This document shows positions 35,101-64,000 of a stretch of DNA of 64,000 nucleotides, in pieces. Under the pieces are notes generated by a model. The model searched no databases. It was not told the origin of the DNA and saw nothing but the letters and a program-made list of their open reading frames with translations. Both the position numbers and the translations under genes were made by a program. Within the stretch, counting starts at the first letter, position 1, and each line of letters begins with the position of its first letter. The DNA is from Macrostomum hystrix (Eukaryota > Animalia > Platyhelminthes), in assembly GCA_950097015.1 (NCBI GenBank), contig CATNEN010000037.1, forward strand, positions 2,294,001 to 2,358,000, given 5' to 3'.

Positions 35101-35656
35101 TAGAAAAATAGGGACATTTTAGGAACAATAACTGACCAGAACTGATCGAAGATGTTTCCTCTGCAGGCGGCTCTGTTCGAGTCCGTTTTGTCGGCGGAGG
35201 CGAACTGGAAACAGTGGACTCTTGAGCAGCTGGTTGAGCAGCTGGTTGAGCAGGTTCCACAAATTCGCCGCTGTCAATCGGCAGAGTGGAGTCGGAACTG
35301 TTGACAGCATTACCGGTATTAGCTGCCGGTTCTTGATGGCCATTGATTTGCAGTCGGAAGGCCACCGTGGCGTTTCCAGGCAACGGGCAGACTGTGATGA
35401 TGTCATCCTGCTTCAGTTCCGCTACGTCGTTTAGAATGCGCACTCCATTGACTAGGGTGCCATTCATGCTGGTGTCCTGCAGCCAGACGCAGCCCTCAGG
35501 ATCCTTGAATAGGGCGCAGTGGTGTCCGGAGATGTACTGGTTGCCAGGCAGGCTGACATCGCAGTCGGCCGCGCGTCCAATTGAGCACCTATCAGACAGC
35601 AGATCGAGTGCTACACTGCCGTCCGAGCTGTTCAACAGCTGCGCCCACGCGACTGC
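32119..35656 (-). CDS. CHFR: CHFR E3 ubiquitin ligase (FHA - RING - Cys-rich - PBZ); exons 35656-35137, 35024-34670, 34369-33992, 33092-32843, 32436-32119; no genomic ATG found
   Basis: FHA (IGRAADCDV...ISGHHC...DTSMNGT), RING CSICCEIFHDCVTLIPCLHGYCAGC...CPQCR, Cys-rich HLLCQCCWQAFPDRR and C-terminal PBZ CHWGSECRTQFNKPDHARRYNHAC. All four introns are GT-AG with matching phases (1, 2, 2, 0). Confidence 0.94.
32460..32800. repeat. Minisatellite, 18-bp unit GAGTCGTTAGAGGATTGT, filling CHFR intron 4
   Basis: Visible array. Confidence 0.97.
33170..33890. repeat. Compound minisatellite of 10/14-bp modules (GAGGACAGGCT / GATGACAGGAT), CHFR intron 3
   Basis: Visible array with shuffled sub-units. 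Confidence 0.97.
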
Positions 35657-35700
35657 CTAGCGGATGGTTGAGTTTGAGAAGGGAGAGTGAGACTGTGAGG
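35657..35700 (-). promoter_or_regulatory. Unpaired 3' splice acceptor (putative trans-splice site) of CHFR
   Basis: Minus strand CTCACTCTCCCTTCTCAAACTCAACCATCCGCTAG|GCA GTC GCG TGG: pyrimidine tract, phase 0, no in-frame ATG. Confidence 0.65.
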
Positions 35701-35749
35701 GGGAGATGGAGAGAAGGAGGAGGGGGTAGGTTGATGGACAGGGAGGGAA

Positions 35750-36320
35750 GGGAGATGGACAGAGAAGAAAGGGAGATGGACAGGGAGGGAAGGGAGATGG
35801 ACAGAGAAGAAAGGGAGATGGACAGGGAGGGAAGGGAGATGGACAGGGAGGGAAGGAGATGGACAGGGAGGGAAGGGAGATGGACAGGGAGGGAAGGGAG
35901 ATGGATAGAGAAGGAAGGGAGATGGATAGAGAAGGAAGGGAGATGGACAGGGAGGGAAGGGAGATGGATAGAGAAGGAAGGGAGATGGATAGAGAAGGAA
36001 GGGAGATGGATAGAGAAGGAAGGGAGATGGACAGAAAGGGAAGGCAGATGGACAGAGAAGGAAGGGAGATGGACAGAAAGGGAAGGGAGATGGACAGAGA
36101 AGGAAGGGAGATGGACAGAAAGGGAAGGGAGATGGATAGAGAAGGAAGGGAGATGGACAGGGAGGGAAGGGAGATGGATAGAGAAGGAAGGGAGATGGAC
36201 AGAAAGGGAAGGGAGATGGACAGAGAAGGAAGGGAGATGGACAGAAAGGGAAGGGAGATGGATAGAGAAGGAAGGGAGATGGACAGAAAGGGAAGGGAGA
36301 TGGACAGAGAAGGAAGGGAG
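35750..36320. repeat. Minisatellite, 21-bp unit GGAAGGGAGATGGACAGAGAA
   Basis: Visible array in the TAF7-CHFR spacer; pyrimidine-rich on the sense (minus) strand. Confidence 0.97.
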
Positions 36321-36689
36321 AGAAAGTGAGCATCTCTAATTAAAAAAGAGTTTTATTAAACTCGCAAACACTTCGAAATCTGTTTTGCTTGTTAGAAAGT
36401 TTATTTTATAGTATTTATAAAAGCGGAGGCAATTCTCGCAGAATAATTGGAACAGAAATGCACAACACGCGGTGCAAGGGCACTTAAGATGGTGCAAGAA
36501 ACAAGCAGAATTTTATTTTGCAGAACAGGTTAATAATACAAACGACACTGAAAAATTATGCACAGCATAAGCAATGAATAAGATCGCAAGTACTCTCATA
36601 GATTGTGCACTTGGCTTCAGATAAATGTTATAATTTACAAAAGAGGAATTCTGTATGGAAAATGTTTACATTTTAAAGCTATTTGCAGG

Positions 36690-37180
36690 ATTGGGACTAA
36701 TCGATAAATGGGACTATTAGAATCGGGACTAATCGATAAATGGGACAATTAGAGTCGGGACTAATAGATAAATGGGACTATTAGAATCGGGACTAATCGA
36801 TAAATGGGACAATTAGAGTCGGGACTAATCAATAAATGGGACAATTAGAGTCGGGACTAATCAATAAATGGGACAATTAGAATCGGGACTAATCGATAAA
36901 TGGGACAATTAGAGTCGGGACTAATAGATAAATGGGACTATTAGAATCGGGACTAATCGATAAATGGCACAATTAGAGTCGGGACTAATCGATAAATGGG
37001 ACTATTTTACAATCGGGACTAATCGATAAATGGGACTATTTTACAATCGGGACTAATCGATAAATGGGACTATTTTACAATCGGGACTAATCGATAAATG
37101 GGACTATTACAATCGGGACTAATCGATAAATGGGACTATTACAATCGGGACTAATCGATAAATGGAACTATTACAATCGA
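36690..37180. repeat. Minisatellite, ~32-bp unit CGGGACTAATCGATAAATGGGACTATTAGAAT
   Basis: Visible array beginning ~30 bp after the TAF7 stop codon. Confidence 0.96.
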
Positions 37181-37211
37181 GAGCAATTATAGAACGAGTG
37201 TCAAGCGAGCT

Positions 37212-38514
37212 TCACTCGAAGCTGGCCAGAACGTCAGCTGACTCGTCCAGCTCCTCGTCTTCTTCAGCTTCCTCCTCTTCCTCATCGTCTTCCACCAGAT
37301 CCTCTCGTTCGTCATTGTTATCCGGCTCATTGTCGGGCGCATCGCCGGCCGCTGCTGCTTCGCCCAAGTCGCCGACTTCCTCGTTATCAGACGCGGAAGA
37401 GGAAGCCGAGGAAGAGGAGTCACTGATGTCGCCGAAGAGCTGAGTGGTCGTCATGAGGTTATTGCCACCGCCGCTGCCCGGTGCAGCATCATTTTTGGAA
37501 TCTGGCTGCTGCTGCTGCTGCTGCTGAGTAGCTGCTGAGTCTAATTTCGCAGCTTCTTCTTCAGTTAGGACCTAGAAAAAAACGAAGAAAATTTTTTTTT
37601 TACCTGTGACGAAGATCCCGGGTTCGAATCCTCAGAATGTGGCGTCAGAGTGGTTGAGTTGGAGAGAAGGCTTGGGGGCTTATCGTCCAAGGCACAGTGA
37701 GAGTGTACACTGCCTGACGATGAGAAAGTCAGGGCAGATGTACCTGTGTGAGTGTGTGTCTGCGTACACTATCTGTGTGCGTGTGTGCTCAGGAGTCAGC
37801 GAAATGGGCAGAATTGCCACCTCGCTAGCTGCGGGTCTAGTGTCACCAAATGTTGTGCCATTGCCCCCAGCCCTCCTGCAATTATTATTATTATCCTCAG
37901 AATGTTGTACAAACAGGCCTCACCTCGCACTTGACATCGAAAGCCTCGGCGTCGTTGCGTAGCAACCGTTTAACCTCTCTCTCCAGGTCGGGCATGTCCA
38001 GGCTGCGATTGCGCAATATCCGGCGGAAGCGCCGCTTTCTGACATTCTTCAACGGCGGCGTCAGGCCGTGGTCCCATTGGTGCGCGCGCTCCTCCGCCGT
38101 TGGCACCACCGTAGCCGAAGTCGACTCTGATCGGCGACGATCTCTGCGACGCAACGTCGACGGCGACGGCAAATCGGCGACGAATTCTCGGCCGCAAATC
38201 AGCATCTGGGTGATGTTGGCCACCTTGTAGAAGGTGCGCGAGTCGGCGGTCTTGTGCGCCTCGACAATGCAGGGCAGGTCGACCAGGCGGCCTGGGAGGC
38301 TCTCGCCATCGTAGGCGAGGACGAAGTTGCGCAGATCCTGGCGAGCCTCAAGGCTGAGGTGATCGTGCAGCTGGACGCCGGACTCGATGTCGGCGCGTAG
38401 GCGGTCGGCGATCGGCTGCGGCAGTCGAAGAATCATGCACTGCTCCGGCTCCACCGGGGCGTGGCCGCGAAGCTGCGGAGTCTGCTGCTGCTGCTGCTGC
38501 TGCTGCTGCGACAT
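37212..38514 (-). CDS. TAF7: TFIID subunit 7; exons 38514-37924 and 37571-37212
   Basis: EQCMILRLP, RLVDLPCIVEAHKTADSRTFYKVANITQMLIC, HGLTPPLKNVRKRRFR and EREVKRLLRND are TAF7 hallmarks. GAG|GTGAGG donor and TTTTCTAG| acceptor, phase 0; acidic exon 2. Acceptor TTTCTTTCAG ends at 38526, 11 nt before the ATG. Confidence 0.94.
37641..37892 (+). mobile_element. SINE copy (internally deleted head) in the TAF7 intron
   Basis: Shared core and (ATT)n tail; 13-bp target-site duplication ATCCTCAGAATGT (37628-37640, 37893-37905). Confidence 0.88.
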
Positions 38515-38562
38515 TGCACTTTAAGCTGAAAGAAACATTTCTTCTCATTCTTAATTCTCTCA

Positions 38563-38770
38563 CTGATGACACCTGATAATCCGATCCCCAATGACACACC
38601 TGATAATCCGATCCCTAATGACACACCTGATAATCCGATCCCTAATGACACACCTGACAATCCGATCCCTAATGACACACCTGACAATCCGATCCCTAAT
38701 GACACACCTGATAATCCGATCCCTAATGACACACCTGATAATCCGATCCCTAATGACACACCTGATAATC
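38563..38770. repeat. Minisatellite, 27-bp unit GATAATCCGATCCCTAATGACACACCT
   Basis: Visible array ~35 bp upstream of the TAF7 acceptor. Confidence 0.96.
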
Positions 38771-39332
38771 GGTGGCACAATTAGCTTCCTCTAGTCAGCT
38801 CATACTAGGTTGCTTTATTTTTCTGTATTAACTGCACTAAATCATCAACACAGACAGTCTAAAAATAGGTTCTATTATAAAAGGGCAATAAAAGCAGCAA
38901 GCTTTCTATTTAAACAGTTGAGGATTAGAAAAAATGTTTGGAAAAACTCAATAATGGCCTCTAAAAATAGAATTGAATCAAGGAAACAGGATGTAATCCC
39001 AGTTGGATCGAAGAAGCATAAGAAGAAAGAGCTTGGTATAGTTGGCGACGATTTCAACTTGGTTGTCAGCGGATGGAGACAGAATGAGGGAAGCTGGATT
39101 CGCATCCGGGATAGGGAGAGTTGAAAAAAAACACAATAACAACAGCCAGCAGGAATCGTCTGTTAATAGTTATAGATAGTTCGGCCTGCAAACAATTTGA
39201 GGGAATTGAGTGAATGCGGAAAACTTTTTGCTTCCTTTGATTTGATTGAAGAAAGAGAAAATGGGAGAGAAGAGGAGAGAGAAGAGAAAAGAGAAACGGT
39301 GGGAGAGGACAAGAAGGTGGCAGAGGAGAGAT

Positions 39333-42300
39333 TCGATAAATAATGCTATCCCTCGATAAATGATGCTACTCTTCGATAAATGATGCTACCCTTCGATAAA
39401 TAATGCTACCCTTCGATAAATGATGCTACCCTTCGATAAATAATGCTACCCTTCGATAAATGATGCTACTCTTCGATAAATGATGCTATCCTTCGATAAA
39501 TGATGCTACTCTTCGATAAATAATGCTACCCTTCGATAAATGATGCTACTCTTCGATAAATGATGCTACTCTTCGATAAATGATGCTACTCTTCGATAAA
39601 TGATGCTATCCTTCGATAAATGATGCTACCCTTCGATAAATGATGCTACCCTTCGATAAATGATGCTACCCTTCGATAAATGATGCTACTCTTCGATAAA
39701 TGATGCTACCCTTCGATAAATAATGCTACCCTTCGATAAATGATGCTACCCTTCGATAAATAATGCTATCCCTCGATAAATGATGCTACTCTTCGATAAA
39801 TAATGCTACTCTTCGATAAATGATGCTACCCTTCGATAAATAATGCTACTCTTCGATAAATGATGCTTCTCTTCGATAAATGATGCTACCCTTCGATAAA
39901 TAATGCTGCCCTTCGATAAATAATGCTACCCTTCGATAAATAATGCTACCCTTCGATAAATAATGCTATCCCTCGATAAATAATGCTACTCTTCGATAAA
40001 TAATGCTACCCTTCGATAAATGATGCTACCCTTCGATAAATAATGCTACCCTTCGATAAATAATTCTATCCCTCGATAAATGATGCTACTCTTCGATAAA
40101 TAATGCTACTCTTCGATAAATGATGCTACCCTTCGATAAATGATGCTACTCTTCGATAAATGATGCTACCCTTCGATAAATAATGCTACCCTTCGATAAA
40201 TAATTCTATCCCTCGATAAATGATGCTACTCTTCGATAAATGATGCTACTCTTCGATAAATGATGCTACTCTTCGATAAATGATGCTACCCTTCGATAAA
40301 TAATGCTACCCTTCGATAAATGATGCTACCCTTCGATAAATAATGCTACCCTTCGATAAATGATGCTACCCTTCGATAAATGATGCTACTCTTCGATAAA
40401 TAATGCTACACTTCGATAAATAATGCTACCCTTCGATAAATGATGCTACCCTTCGATAAATGATGCTACTCTTCGATAAATGATGCTACCCTTCGATAAA
40501 TAATGCTACTCTTCGATTAATGATGCTACTCTTCGATAAATGATGCTACTCTTCGATAAATAATGCTACCCTTCGATAAATGATGCTACCCTTCGATAAA
40601 TGATGCTACTCTTCGATAAATGATGCTACCCTTCGATAAATAATGCTACCCTTCGATAAATGATGCTACCCTTCGATAAATAATGCTACCCTTCGATAAA
40701 TGATGCTACCCTTCGATAAATGATGCTACTCTTCGATAAATGATGCTACCCTTCGATAAATAATGCTACTCTTCGATAAATGATGCTACTCTTCGATAAA
40801 TGATGCTATCCTTCGATAAATGATGCTACCCTTCGATAAATGATGCTACCCTTCGATAAATAATGCTACCCTTCGATAAATAATGCTATCCCTCGATAAA
40901 TAATGCTACTCTTCGATAAATAATGCTATCCTTCGATAAATGATGCTACCCTTCGATAAATGATGCTACCCTTCGATAAATAATGCTACCCTTCGATAAA
41001 TAATGCTACCCTTCGATAAATAATGCTACCCTTCGATAAATAATGCTACCCTTCGATAAATGATGCTACCCTTCGATAAATAATGCAAACCCCTCGATAA
41101 ATAATGCTATCCCTCGATAAATAATGCTATCCCTCGATAAATAATGCTATCCCTCGATAAATAATGCTATCCCTCGATAAATAATGCTAACCCTTCGGTA
41201 AATGATGCTATCCCTCGATAAATAATGCTACCCTTCGATAAATGATGCTATCCCTTCGATAAATAATGCTACCCTTCGATAAATAATGCTACCCTTCGAT
41301 AAATGATGCTACCCTTCGATAAATGATGCTACTCTTCGATAAATAATGCTACACTTCGATAAATAATGCTACCCTTCGATAAATGATGCTACCCTTCGAT
41401 AAATGATGCTACTCTTCGATAAATGATGCTACCCTTCGATAAATAATGCTACTCTTCGATAAATGATGCTACTCTTCGATAAATGATGCTACTCTTCGAT
41501 AAATAATGCTACCCTTCGATAAATGATGCTACCCTTCGATAAATGATGCTACTCTTCGATAAATGATGCTACCCTTCGATAAATAATGCTACCCTTCGAT
41601 AAATGATGCTACCCTTCGATAAATAATGCTACCCTTCGATAAATGATGCTACCCTTCGATAAATGATGCTACTCTTCGATAAATGATGCTACCCTTCGAT
41701 AAATAATGCTACTCTTCGATAAATGATGCTACTCTTCGATAAATGATGCTATCCTTCGATAAATGATGCTACCCTTCGATAAATGATGCTACCCTTCGAT
41801 AAATAATGCTACCCTTCGATAAATAATGCTATCCCTCGATAAATAATGCTACTCTTCGATAAATAATGCTATCCTTCGATAAATGATGCTACCCTTCGAT
41901 AAATGATGCTACCCTTCGATAAATAATGCTACCCTTCGATAAATAATGCTACCCTTCGATAAATAATGCTACCCTTCGATAAATAATGCTACCCTTCGAT
42001 AAATGATGCTACCCTTCGATAAATAATGCAAACCCCTCGATAAATAATGCTATCCCTCGATAAATAATGCTATCCCTCGATAAATAATGCTATCCCTCGA
42101 TAAATAATGCTATCCCTCGATAAATAATGCTAACCCTTCGGTAAATGATGCTATCCCTCGATAAATAATGCTACCCTTCGATAAATGATGCTATCCCTCG
42201 ATAAATAATGCTATCCCTCGATAAATAATGCTATCCCTCGATAAATAATGCTATCCCTCGATAAATAATGCTAACCCTTCGGTAAATGATGCTATCCCTC

Positions 42301-42570
42301 GATAAATAATGCTATCCCTCGATAAATGATGCTGTCCCTCGATAAATAATGCTAACCCTTCGATAAATAATGCTACCCTTCGATAAATAATGCTATCCCT
42401 CGATAAATAATGCTATCCCTCGATAAATAATGCTATCCCTCGATAAATAATGCTATCCCTCGATAAATAATGCTACTCTTCGATAAATAATGCTACTCTT
42501 CGATAAATAATGCTACCCTTCGATAAATAATGCTATCCCTCGATAATTAATGCTATCCCTCGAAAAATAA
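39333..42570. repeat. Minisatellite, 20-bp unit TTCGATAAATGATGCTACCC, ~3.2 kb
   Basis: Visible array making up most of the TOP3B-TAF7 spacer. Confidence 0.99.
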
Positions 42571-43149
42571 TGCTTCTTATATTTCTGAATCTAATAACGT
42601 TGGCAGCTACGTACGAGCGTATGCTCGAAATTCCTTCCTCAGTTTTGTATCAAAAAATATATAACATTCTTTTTTTCAGAGCGAGAAGAGTGTAATAAAG
42701 CAAACAACTATTCGCCTCGACAGTAGCTAATCAAAACCGCTCACTATGAAGTTAATTGTATCCAAGAAAACTAAAAAAAATAAAAACCTGTTACTTACTT
42801 TTCTAACTGTTAATGAAAGAAGATTAGAACTGCAATTTAACTATAAAAAATATTGAAAATGAAAATAAAAAAAGTGGTGTAATTGGGTTCGATAAGGCCT
42901 CAAACGATCGAACAGTTTGTTAATTTTTAATTGATTTTTGACAAAGCTTGCCTAATTACCTGTACTCATGAAGCTTCAATAAAGTTCAGTATAATAATTA
43001 GCACTTGAGCAATAAACAAAACAAGAGAACCTGTCAGTTTTAATAAGCGTAAATGAAAAAAAAACAAAGAAAACATAGGATTACTCAAAGGTTTTCATAG
43101 CCAATATAGGATTATGGAAAATAATCCACACTTCAAAAGCTGTTCTCGA

Positions 43150-59757
<16,608 letters not shown>

Positions 59758-60074
59758 AGTGCGGATGGATAACTGAATATTCTTTGATCTGCAAACGGAA
59801 ATATTGAGGAGAAATCTGATTTTAAATCAATTTTTGTAGGCCATGCGATTTGATAATCCATTTTCAAAATATCGTTTGCGGGATTTTGGATTTTAAAGTA
59901 ATTATTGATCTAACTATTCTTTGGGACTTAAATGGATTACAAAAATATATAGATAGATTAAAATCTTATTAGGAAATTTAAGGGATTACTTATAAAAAAA
60001 TCTTTGGGGATGTTAAGGAATTACGAATTGAAACCCCAACGGAGATATTAAAGTATTGTGGATTGAAATCTCAG

Positions 60075-60600
60075 TGGAATGTAAAGTGATTACTGATTCA
60101 AATCTCAGTGGGATGTTAAAGGATTACTGATTCAAATCTCAGTGGGATGTAAAGTGATTACTGATTCAAATCTCAGTGGGATGTTAAAGGATTACTGATT
60201 CAAATCTCAGTGGGATGTAAAGTGATTACTGATTCAAATCTCAGTGGGATGTTAAGTGATTACTGATTCAAATCTCAGTGGGATGTAAAGTGATTACTGA
60301 TTCAAATCTCATTGGGATGTAAAGTGATTACTGATAAAAATCTAACTGTGGATGTTAGGGATTACTGATAAAAATCTAATTGAGTATGTTAAAGGATTAC
60401 TGATAAAAATCTAATTGAGGATGTTAAGGGATTACTGATAAAATCTAACTGAGGATGTTAAGGGATTACTGATAAAATCTAACTGAGGATGTTAAGGGAT
60501 TACTGATAAAATCTAACTGAGGATGTTAAGGGATTACTGATAGAAATCTAATTGAGGATGTTAAGGGATTACTGATTAAAATCTAATTAAGGATGTTAAT
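60075..60600. repeat. Two related 32-34-bp minisatellite sub-arrays (GATTACTGAT...AATCT...GGATGTTAA)
   Basis: Visible; the unit changes around 60330. Confidence 0.93.
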
Positions 60601-61439
60601 AGATTACGGATCAAATATCGTTTGTGATTTAAATAATTATGTTCCACGTTTGTGAAAGATGAGAAATACAAACGTATTGTAATTGTACCGGTGATTCTCT
60701 ATTAAATAAAAGCGTTTGTTTTGTATGGAACTAAAATTATCCAGCTATATTTACACCTTTGTCCGACAGACCTTTAAATAGAAACAATGAATGGCAAAAC
60801 TGGTATAAAATATTTTCTTCACTATAGCCAGAAAGCAAGTACGTTAAAAGTACTTCTACTCTAATTGATTGCCTTGCCACTATGTAAGCCGCTTTTATCA
60901 TCAAACAAACCTACTTTTTGTTCTGCCGTCAAGCGAGATAAAAGTACACTAACCAGTCACTGCAAAAAACATGAATCTAAATATTCTGTTGGCCCAGTGT
61001 GCTCAAGTGCGAGTACTCAAGTGCGAACGCACCCATCCCCTTACTACTGCTGAGGAAGAGGAGTAAGGGCAGTGAGAACTGAGACCAGCCTGCGTGAGTG
61101 TTCTATTCCTGTCCTTAAAATCAGGACTAAGCTGCAAATAAATGCTAGAGAACGCAACTGTGATTGGTGGGCAACAGCAAATAAGAGTGTAGGTTGTACT
61201 TTAAGGGTTGCGAGTCTGAGAAATAGAGACACCAGAAAACTGATAAACAAGAAGGCACGCGCCATAAAATTACATTAACTCTATAACAGCCATAGAAAAA
61301 TGGTGGAATTTGTTGACTGAGCTAATCCCTGATCCTCAGGTAGCACTTGAAACTCACAAGCCTAGAGAAATTTTTTTTCGGAGCTGCGAACGATGATTTA
61401 GGGATTTTGGGGGGGGTGACACAGGGGGTTTTAGGGGTG

Positions 61440-61860
61440 ACACGTTGATTTTAGGGATGAAATGTTGATTTTAGGGATGACATGTTGATTTTAGGGATGA
61501 AATGTTGATTTTAGGGATGAAATGTTGATTTTAGGGATGAAATGTTGATTTTAGGGATGAAATGTTGATTTTAGGGGTGACATGTTGATTTTAGGGGTGA
61601 CATGTTGATTTTAGGGATGAAATGTTGATTTTAGAGATGACATGTTGATTTTAGGGATGACATGTTGATTTTAGGGATGAAATGTTGATTCTAGGGATGA
61701 AATGTTGATTTTAGGGGTGACATGTTGATTTTAGGGATGAAATGTTGAATTTTGGGGTGATATGTTGATTTTAGGGGTGACATGTTGATTTTAGGGGTGA
61801 CATGTTGATTTTAGGGGTGACATGTTGATTTTAGGGGTGAAATGTTGATTTTAGTGGTGA
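61440..61860. repeat. Minisatellite, 20-bp unit ATGTTGATTTTAGGGATGAA/C
   Basis: Visible array. Confidence 0.97.
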
Positions 61861-62619
61861 CAAAAATAATTTTTGCTGTGGAAACGATGATTTCGGACAG
61901 AATTATTTTTTACAACAATGACCTATCATAATGTAATTTTCATAGCGTTATTTTTATTTCTTGAATTAAAAAGAAAAAAGTGCTAAAATTAAAAATTTCT
62001 AGCAAACAATTGAGTAGCAATTCAACATTACACTCGGCTCATACATATAAAGTACAATAGAGAATGCTGGAAGGTCGATACGCTGCTGAAACAAAAGCCC
62101 TTAGTCTGGAGCTAAGTTAGTACCAAAGTGTACTCTTATAGGTCTGTACTCTCTTTAGGCGCGGAGAAGGGAATTGTCTAGAACTAAATTAGATGCAGCA
62201 CTGGCGGGCAGAAAATTAAAATAGCAAAGACAGTGGCGGAGATGTTCCATTCATTGTTGCAGGCAAATTTATGTAACAATGCTTTATGCAATTTATTTAC
62301 TCATTTGCACTTATTGCCATAACAAATTGATTAAGATCAAGTCATTTTAAGAAAAGAATTATGAGTATCAGTATGAGAATGAGTAAAAAAGGACTAACAA
62401 ATAACTGTTTATATCGACACACATTAACATTAGACAAAAGCACAAGATGATAAAAACTAGAAGCACAACACTAAACCATATGAAAGTAGATCATGAAAGT
62501 AAAGGTTTAAAGTTACAAATTTGATCGAAACAATGCATTAACTATAATAAGGCAGAGTACTACAATATGCGATCAATTTTTTTTTGTTTGTTCAAGACTG
62601 TATGAACATGAACTCTAGG

Positions 62620-62900
62620 GTAAGAGGTTGCGGAGTTGATCAGGAGTGGGTACGTACATCGGGGGTAAGAGGTTGCGGAGTTGACCAGGAGTGCGTACGT
62701 ACATCGGGGGTAAGAGGTTGCGGAGTTGACCAGGAGTGCGTATGTACATTGGGGTAAGAGGTTGCGGAGTTGACCAGGAGTGCGTATGTACATCGGGGTA
62801 AGAGGTTGCAGAGTTGACCAGGAATGCGTATGTACATTGGGGAAAGAGATTGCGGAGTTGGTCAGGAGTGCGTATATGTACATCGGGGTAAGAGTTTGCG
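62620..62900. repeat. Minisatellite, 44-45-bp unit (GGGGTAAGAGGTTGCGGAGTTGACCAGGAGTGCGTATGTACAT)
   Basis: About 6 visible copies. Confidence 0.94.
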
Positions 62901-63765
62901 GAGTTAGATTGGTGTGTGCACACTAGGGTAAGATATTTCGGCGCTGGCCGGAGTATACCAAATACTAAAATTATTTTCTACAGGATTTTTGTGCGGCACA
63001 AAAATTTGATGACTGATCAAGCTTTATAACGAACTTTTTATTTTACGTAGCTTAATACAGAACGTTTTAAGCGTTGCTTGGAAATGCTATTCTTATCACT
63101 TCTTATTACTTTTTGCCTATCCGATATTTCGAGCGTAAACAGAAGCGATAATGTACACTACAATGTGCGAGCATCGACTTGCGCAAGCATAAAATCAAAG
63201 CTCTTTTTTTAAGAATGGCATTGAATAACAAGACTCAGAATTTTCTTAGCAAACTCTAACAACAGTGTGGCGAAAATGAATAACAACAGCAGCTTAACTA
63301 CTTGATGAGAGTTTAAACAACATTAAGTAAAAAGTAGTTCTAGTTAAAATATACACGTCAATCAGACATCCGAATACAGTCTGTTGCTAATCTTTCGACT
63401 AAGAAAGTAAGCATTTATTGACAAAAGAAAAGGTAATGAAGCACAGAAACACTGGCATTAGATAATACACAGACAAATATAGAAATGAAAGATTAGCAAA
63501 GTTAACCTGCGTTGCTAACGAATGTATTTAAAAGTGCATTGTCAACATTTTTAGAAACAGCTGAGTGGAATATATTTTATCAGACTGATAAAATTCTTCC
63601 TTAATAAGAGTACAATCTAACAGAAGATTGTAGCAAAAATGCTTGCATTGACTTGTGTTGGTTGGTGGAAACCATTTCCGAGACTATGTTTCATGACACA
63701 CGTCAGAATTTGTGAGGGCTTCGCAAAGAACAATGTCCAACTTAAGCCATGTAATTAGCTCAGGG

Positions 63766-64000
63766 CTACTGCAACCTTGGCCTCTTCCTTGGCGGCCCAA
63801 GCGGCGGCGTGGCCTGCATTGCCAGGGCTTTGAAGGCCTCCGCAACCAGGTGCGGCTGCCGCCGTACCATCTGGGCCCAGCCAGCCGACTCTGTCACTTC
63901 GTTGGCGTGGCAGAGCAGGTAGTCACAGGCGTGCTGGCGCAACTGCTCGGCCGAGTGAAGGTCGGCCAGCACTAGACAGTCGCAGACGTTTTCCACAGTC
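63766..64000 (-). CDS. SPOP: SPOP/roadkill-like BTB Cul3 adaptor, last exon (partial, enters from the right edge)
   Basis: ENVCDCLVLADLHSAEQLRQHACDY...HPHLVAEAF-like segment and terminal NLS LGPPRKRPRLQ match the SPOP BACK-like region and C-terminus. Confidence 0.88.
   Translation of the reverse strand, partial: TVENVCDCLVLADLHSAEQLRQHACDYLLCHANEVTESAGWAQMVRRQPHLVAEAFKALAMQATPPLGPPRKRPRLQ

Overview
Eukaryotic, intron-containing animal DNA. It is most consistent with the free-living flatworm Macrostomum, an inference from GC-rich exons, short AT-rich introns swollen by minisatellites, and signs of trans-splicing. From left to right: an intronless, frameshifted Apaf-1-like CARD/NB-ARC gene (-, runs off the left edge); a solo LTR; an E78-type nuclear receptor (+, 3 exons, 12-kb first intron); a BC-box/LRR gene (+); a Crypton-type recombinase relic (-); then six co-directional conserved genes on the minus strand (SPOP 3' end, TOP3B, TAF7, CHFR, TMEM223-like, RABL3) that look like a trans-spliced operon. 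Two of these (RABL3, CHFR) have no visible start codon of their own and open in phase 0 straight after a 3' splice acceptor, as expected if the flatworm spliced leader's terminal AUG supplies the initiator Met. Inside TOP3B intron 6 are an unannotated three-exon antisense gene for a 135-aa secreted Cys-containing protein (absent from the ORF track), a LINE fragment nested in a tRNA-derived SINE, and a 64-bp hairpin insertion with a target-site duplication. About 25 distinct minisatellite arrays cover roughly 30% of the window. All exon boundaries were worked out by hand from GT/AG sites and phase continuity; protein identities come from recalled family motifs, not database searches.
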